DNA of 63,859 nt, counting the filler, from Folioceros fuciformis (lineage: Eukaryota), in the NCBI GenBank assembly GCA_049999805.1. It is 3 parts of 2 records of this genome, joined end to end, with 100 filler letters (N's around TTAATTAATTAA, not from the genome) between each part and the next. Parts side by side here need not be neighbours in the genome. Positions count along the whole stretch, not along the records: positions 56,526 to 63,859 come from JBNGIO010005974.1; 2 more parts are not named here. The stretch is one strand, 5' to 3'. The translations under genes were made by a program, and so were the position numbers. Shown here piece by piece: positions 61,240 through 63,859 of the stretch. Position 1 is the stretch's first letter. Each line of letters opens with the position of its first letter. The notes under the pieces are model-generated. The model saw only the letters and a program-made list of their open reading frames with translations. It made no database searches and was not told the DNA's origin.

Positions 61240-63859
61240 TAAAGTAGTCCTTTTAACAATGTGGGAGGAGGAGAAAAGAGCATAGGAATTCCCCCACCGG
61301 GGGAGGTTGAGGGAGTGTAAAGAAGACAAGCGACAAGCATGGAGAGATGGGTAGTAGAGTTGGAGTGGAGGAGCCCAACATGGGGAAATGGAGTTACCTC
61401 CCCTAGTCTAGACCCAGAGAAGACTTCGAGACAGGTGTGGGGCAATAGGGCAATTCGGCGCAGTGATGAAGATAATAAGCAAGGGGGGGGGAGAAGAAAA
61501 GGATGCGGGTTGAGCATGTCAAATTGTTGTAGTCTAGGGGATACAAAAGGGTCCATCGCGCGAATGTCTTCCAGTCTCATGCACTTTGGCTCAGGTTGGT
61601 CTCGGGGCGAGAGTGTTGGTTCACCTCCACTCATAGATTCCTACTCTGGTTGCAATAGGGTCACAAAGAAAGTGTGGGAGAAATGAACACTCTGAGTATT
61701 GGCAAGGGGGGAGCTTGGAAGGAAACCACAAAGTGGAGATGTGGCCCCCTTTCTGCACTAAAGTGACAGGTCCTTATGCAGGTCACAAACGCTTGATCTG
61801 GGCAATGGTATTAAGGCAAAATCTACCTAGGATGACCTGTCAGCAACCTAAAACTCTAGTGGTCCGTCCAATTGGGCAAGGTGTTAATGATAGGCCAACT
61901 TGGGTACCTCTGTCGACGGTGCCAAAGGTGGGCTCGTCATGACTGGTGGTCAAAATGTGGGTCTCGACGATGATCCTTCTCTACCTGTTATAACATGTGG
62001 GGTCATGATCGGCTCTGGTGCATAATCTGCAGAGGAGGAGACCTCCAGCCCACAAGTGGGCTAAGCCTGAGATGGGTTGGTCGGACTGGTTGATGTCGTG
62101 GAGGGTCCGTGAGAAAATGTGGTTGGCCCTTTGCGGGTAGTCAAGATCGCCTGAGCGATCTCCTTGAGCGCTCAAAGTACTTCCCCATGATAGAAGGTGA
62201 AGCCATCGTCAGTCTATTGGATGGCATCTATAACCATCCTCCGTAGGGTTTCCGTTCTCTGTTCGGAGTTTGTGCCCCCTCCATTAGCACCTTCCGCTCG
62301 CCATCCTACAATTGTCCATGGCTCTACATCTTATCCTGCATGAGAGCTACCTCTGTGTAGAGTGTTTGGACTTCATGCTAGGCCATTTTCTCCTTTGCTT
62401 GGATGTTTCGTAGTTTGCCCCGAAGGTCCTCTAGCTGCCGTAGCGCTTCGGCCTCTTTTCAGGTAAGCTCCTTCTCGGCATCTAGAGCCCTATTTTGCTT
62501 CCTTTGGTAGCTGTGGAGTGATTCTTACACCCAAGAACCACCAAGGGGCCACATTTTCTCTTATTGTTGTTGCAGTCTTATGATTCGCTCCCAAAAGAGT
62601 GAACTAGTGTTAAGGTTTCCTACAATTCCCTAATCGCATCCTATGTATCAGCCAATACCTAGTGCTACAACAATATGTCAGAATTCCCAGCCCTATCTTC
62701 AGCTTCTACCACAACATCAACCCCAGCCTCAACTAAATGAGAACTCCAGCATCGTCTTTAGCCCCCGTTTCCAGCTCCAAGTATCAATCACTTTAGTGCT
62801 AAAAGGAGACTCCAGCCCTAGGTCTGGCCTTCAACTCTCAACTCCAAGACGGCCCTCTCGTCGGTTGAGAAGAAGCTTTGGCTCCAACCTCGGCCTCCAC
62901 TCTCAACTCCAAGCTCTAGCCACCTCTACAGTTGAAAGGAGACTTCGACACCCGCCGACCTCCAACTCTTAGCACCTAGTGCTAGCTACATTAGCAGTTG
63001 AACAAGAACCCCAACTTTAGCCAGCTCCTCACTCCAGCTTCAGCACTCCACTCCACCACTTCAGCACTTCACTCCAGCATTTCAGTCCTTCACTCAAGCA
63101 CTTCACTTCACCCTCCAGCACCTCACTTCAGCTCAACTGCTCACTTCAACACTTCCAGTCCCAAAATCTAGAACTCAACCCTTCTCTCCTAGAATTTAGA
63201 ACACAACAGCCTTCCCCCTTGCAGCCTTCAAGGCTGAGGCGAGGCCTAGGGCTAGATAGCCTCCTTGGCTCACGGCCCTGCAACCTCACCTCAGCCAGCA
63301 TGTAAGGAGGTCAGCCATTGCGGATCCGGTCACACGGATCTTGCTAGTCTCAGGATCCACCACGTCCCCCTAATGGCAAAGAGTATCAAGCCCTTGGTTA
63401 ATCTCAAACCAGATCAGCCATTCTAATCCAGTAGCCTGCACACAAGGTGAAGGGGAATCACACCGTAAGACTACCCCCTCCTCAATGGCAGGTCTGGCCT
63501 CTTATACTACCTTGGCCCAAACCTCCATCTCTGTCTACTAGGGTTAGCCTCAGTCAACCACCTAGCAACCTCTCTCTGACCTAAGCTGCCCCTAATTCTA
63601 ACCTAAACTTAACTATGACCTAAACCTAGCTCTGACCTAATTCTACCCTAACTTTAATTAGACCTAATCCCAACCCGACCTAATAGGGGTTGTGTCCCTT
63701 GAACACCACTGGGTGCCCTAAACCCCTTACCAAAATTGACGCCCTAAACCCCTTACCAAAATTGACAAACCTCTGAAGACTACCAAATCTCTCAGATCAT
63801 TCCATCCCTTCCCTTCAGAGGATCCTGCAACCCTTCAGAGCCTCCACCTCTTCAGAGGA
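61240..63859 (-). mobile_element. Probable heavily decayed retroelement remnant with low-complexity repeats
   Basis: Broken knuckle-like and coiled-coil fragments on the minus strand (61700-62520), CTTCAGCAC-type repeats at 63000-63160 and a duplicated CCCTAAACCCCTTACCAAAATTGAC at 63716-63766. No diagnostic catalytic motif. Confidence 0.3.

Overview
Eukaryotic land-plant nuclear DNA. Compact genes with ~80-120 bp GT-AG introns suggest a bryophyte or other early-diverging land plant (inference). Two artificial N-TTAATTAATTAA-N linkers (28892-28991, 56426-56525) split the window into three segments that may not be truly adjacent. Segment 1 holds a decayed CRE-clade (RLE-type) non-LTR retrotransposon next to a telomere-motif array, a PIF/Harbinger remnant and several minisatellites. 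It also has a small metabolic group: a 2OG-dioxygenase pseudogene, an intronless N-methyltransferase-like gene, a UMAMIT/WAT1 transporter and a 2OG-dioxygenase lacking the RxS arginine. Segment 2 is gene dense: NTF2, a BSD-domain gene, CCDC93, a receptor gene pair, an MFS transporter and a coiled-coil gene. Segment 3 is nested Copia elements, one with TA..TA LTR ends and extra ORFs upstream of gag. The most striking observation is the receptor pair, which looks like a reciprocal domain swap. One gene joins a phytocyanin ectodomain and TM helix to an LRR-I-type kinase, although its ectodomain exon is now frameshifted. The next gene is an apparently intact malectin-like/LRR ectodomain ending in a phytocyanin-style Pro/Ala-rich linker and GPI-type tail instead of TM plus kinase.
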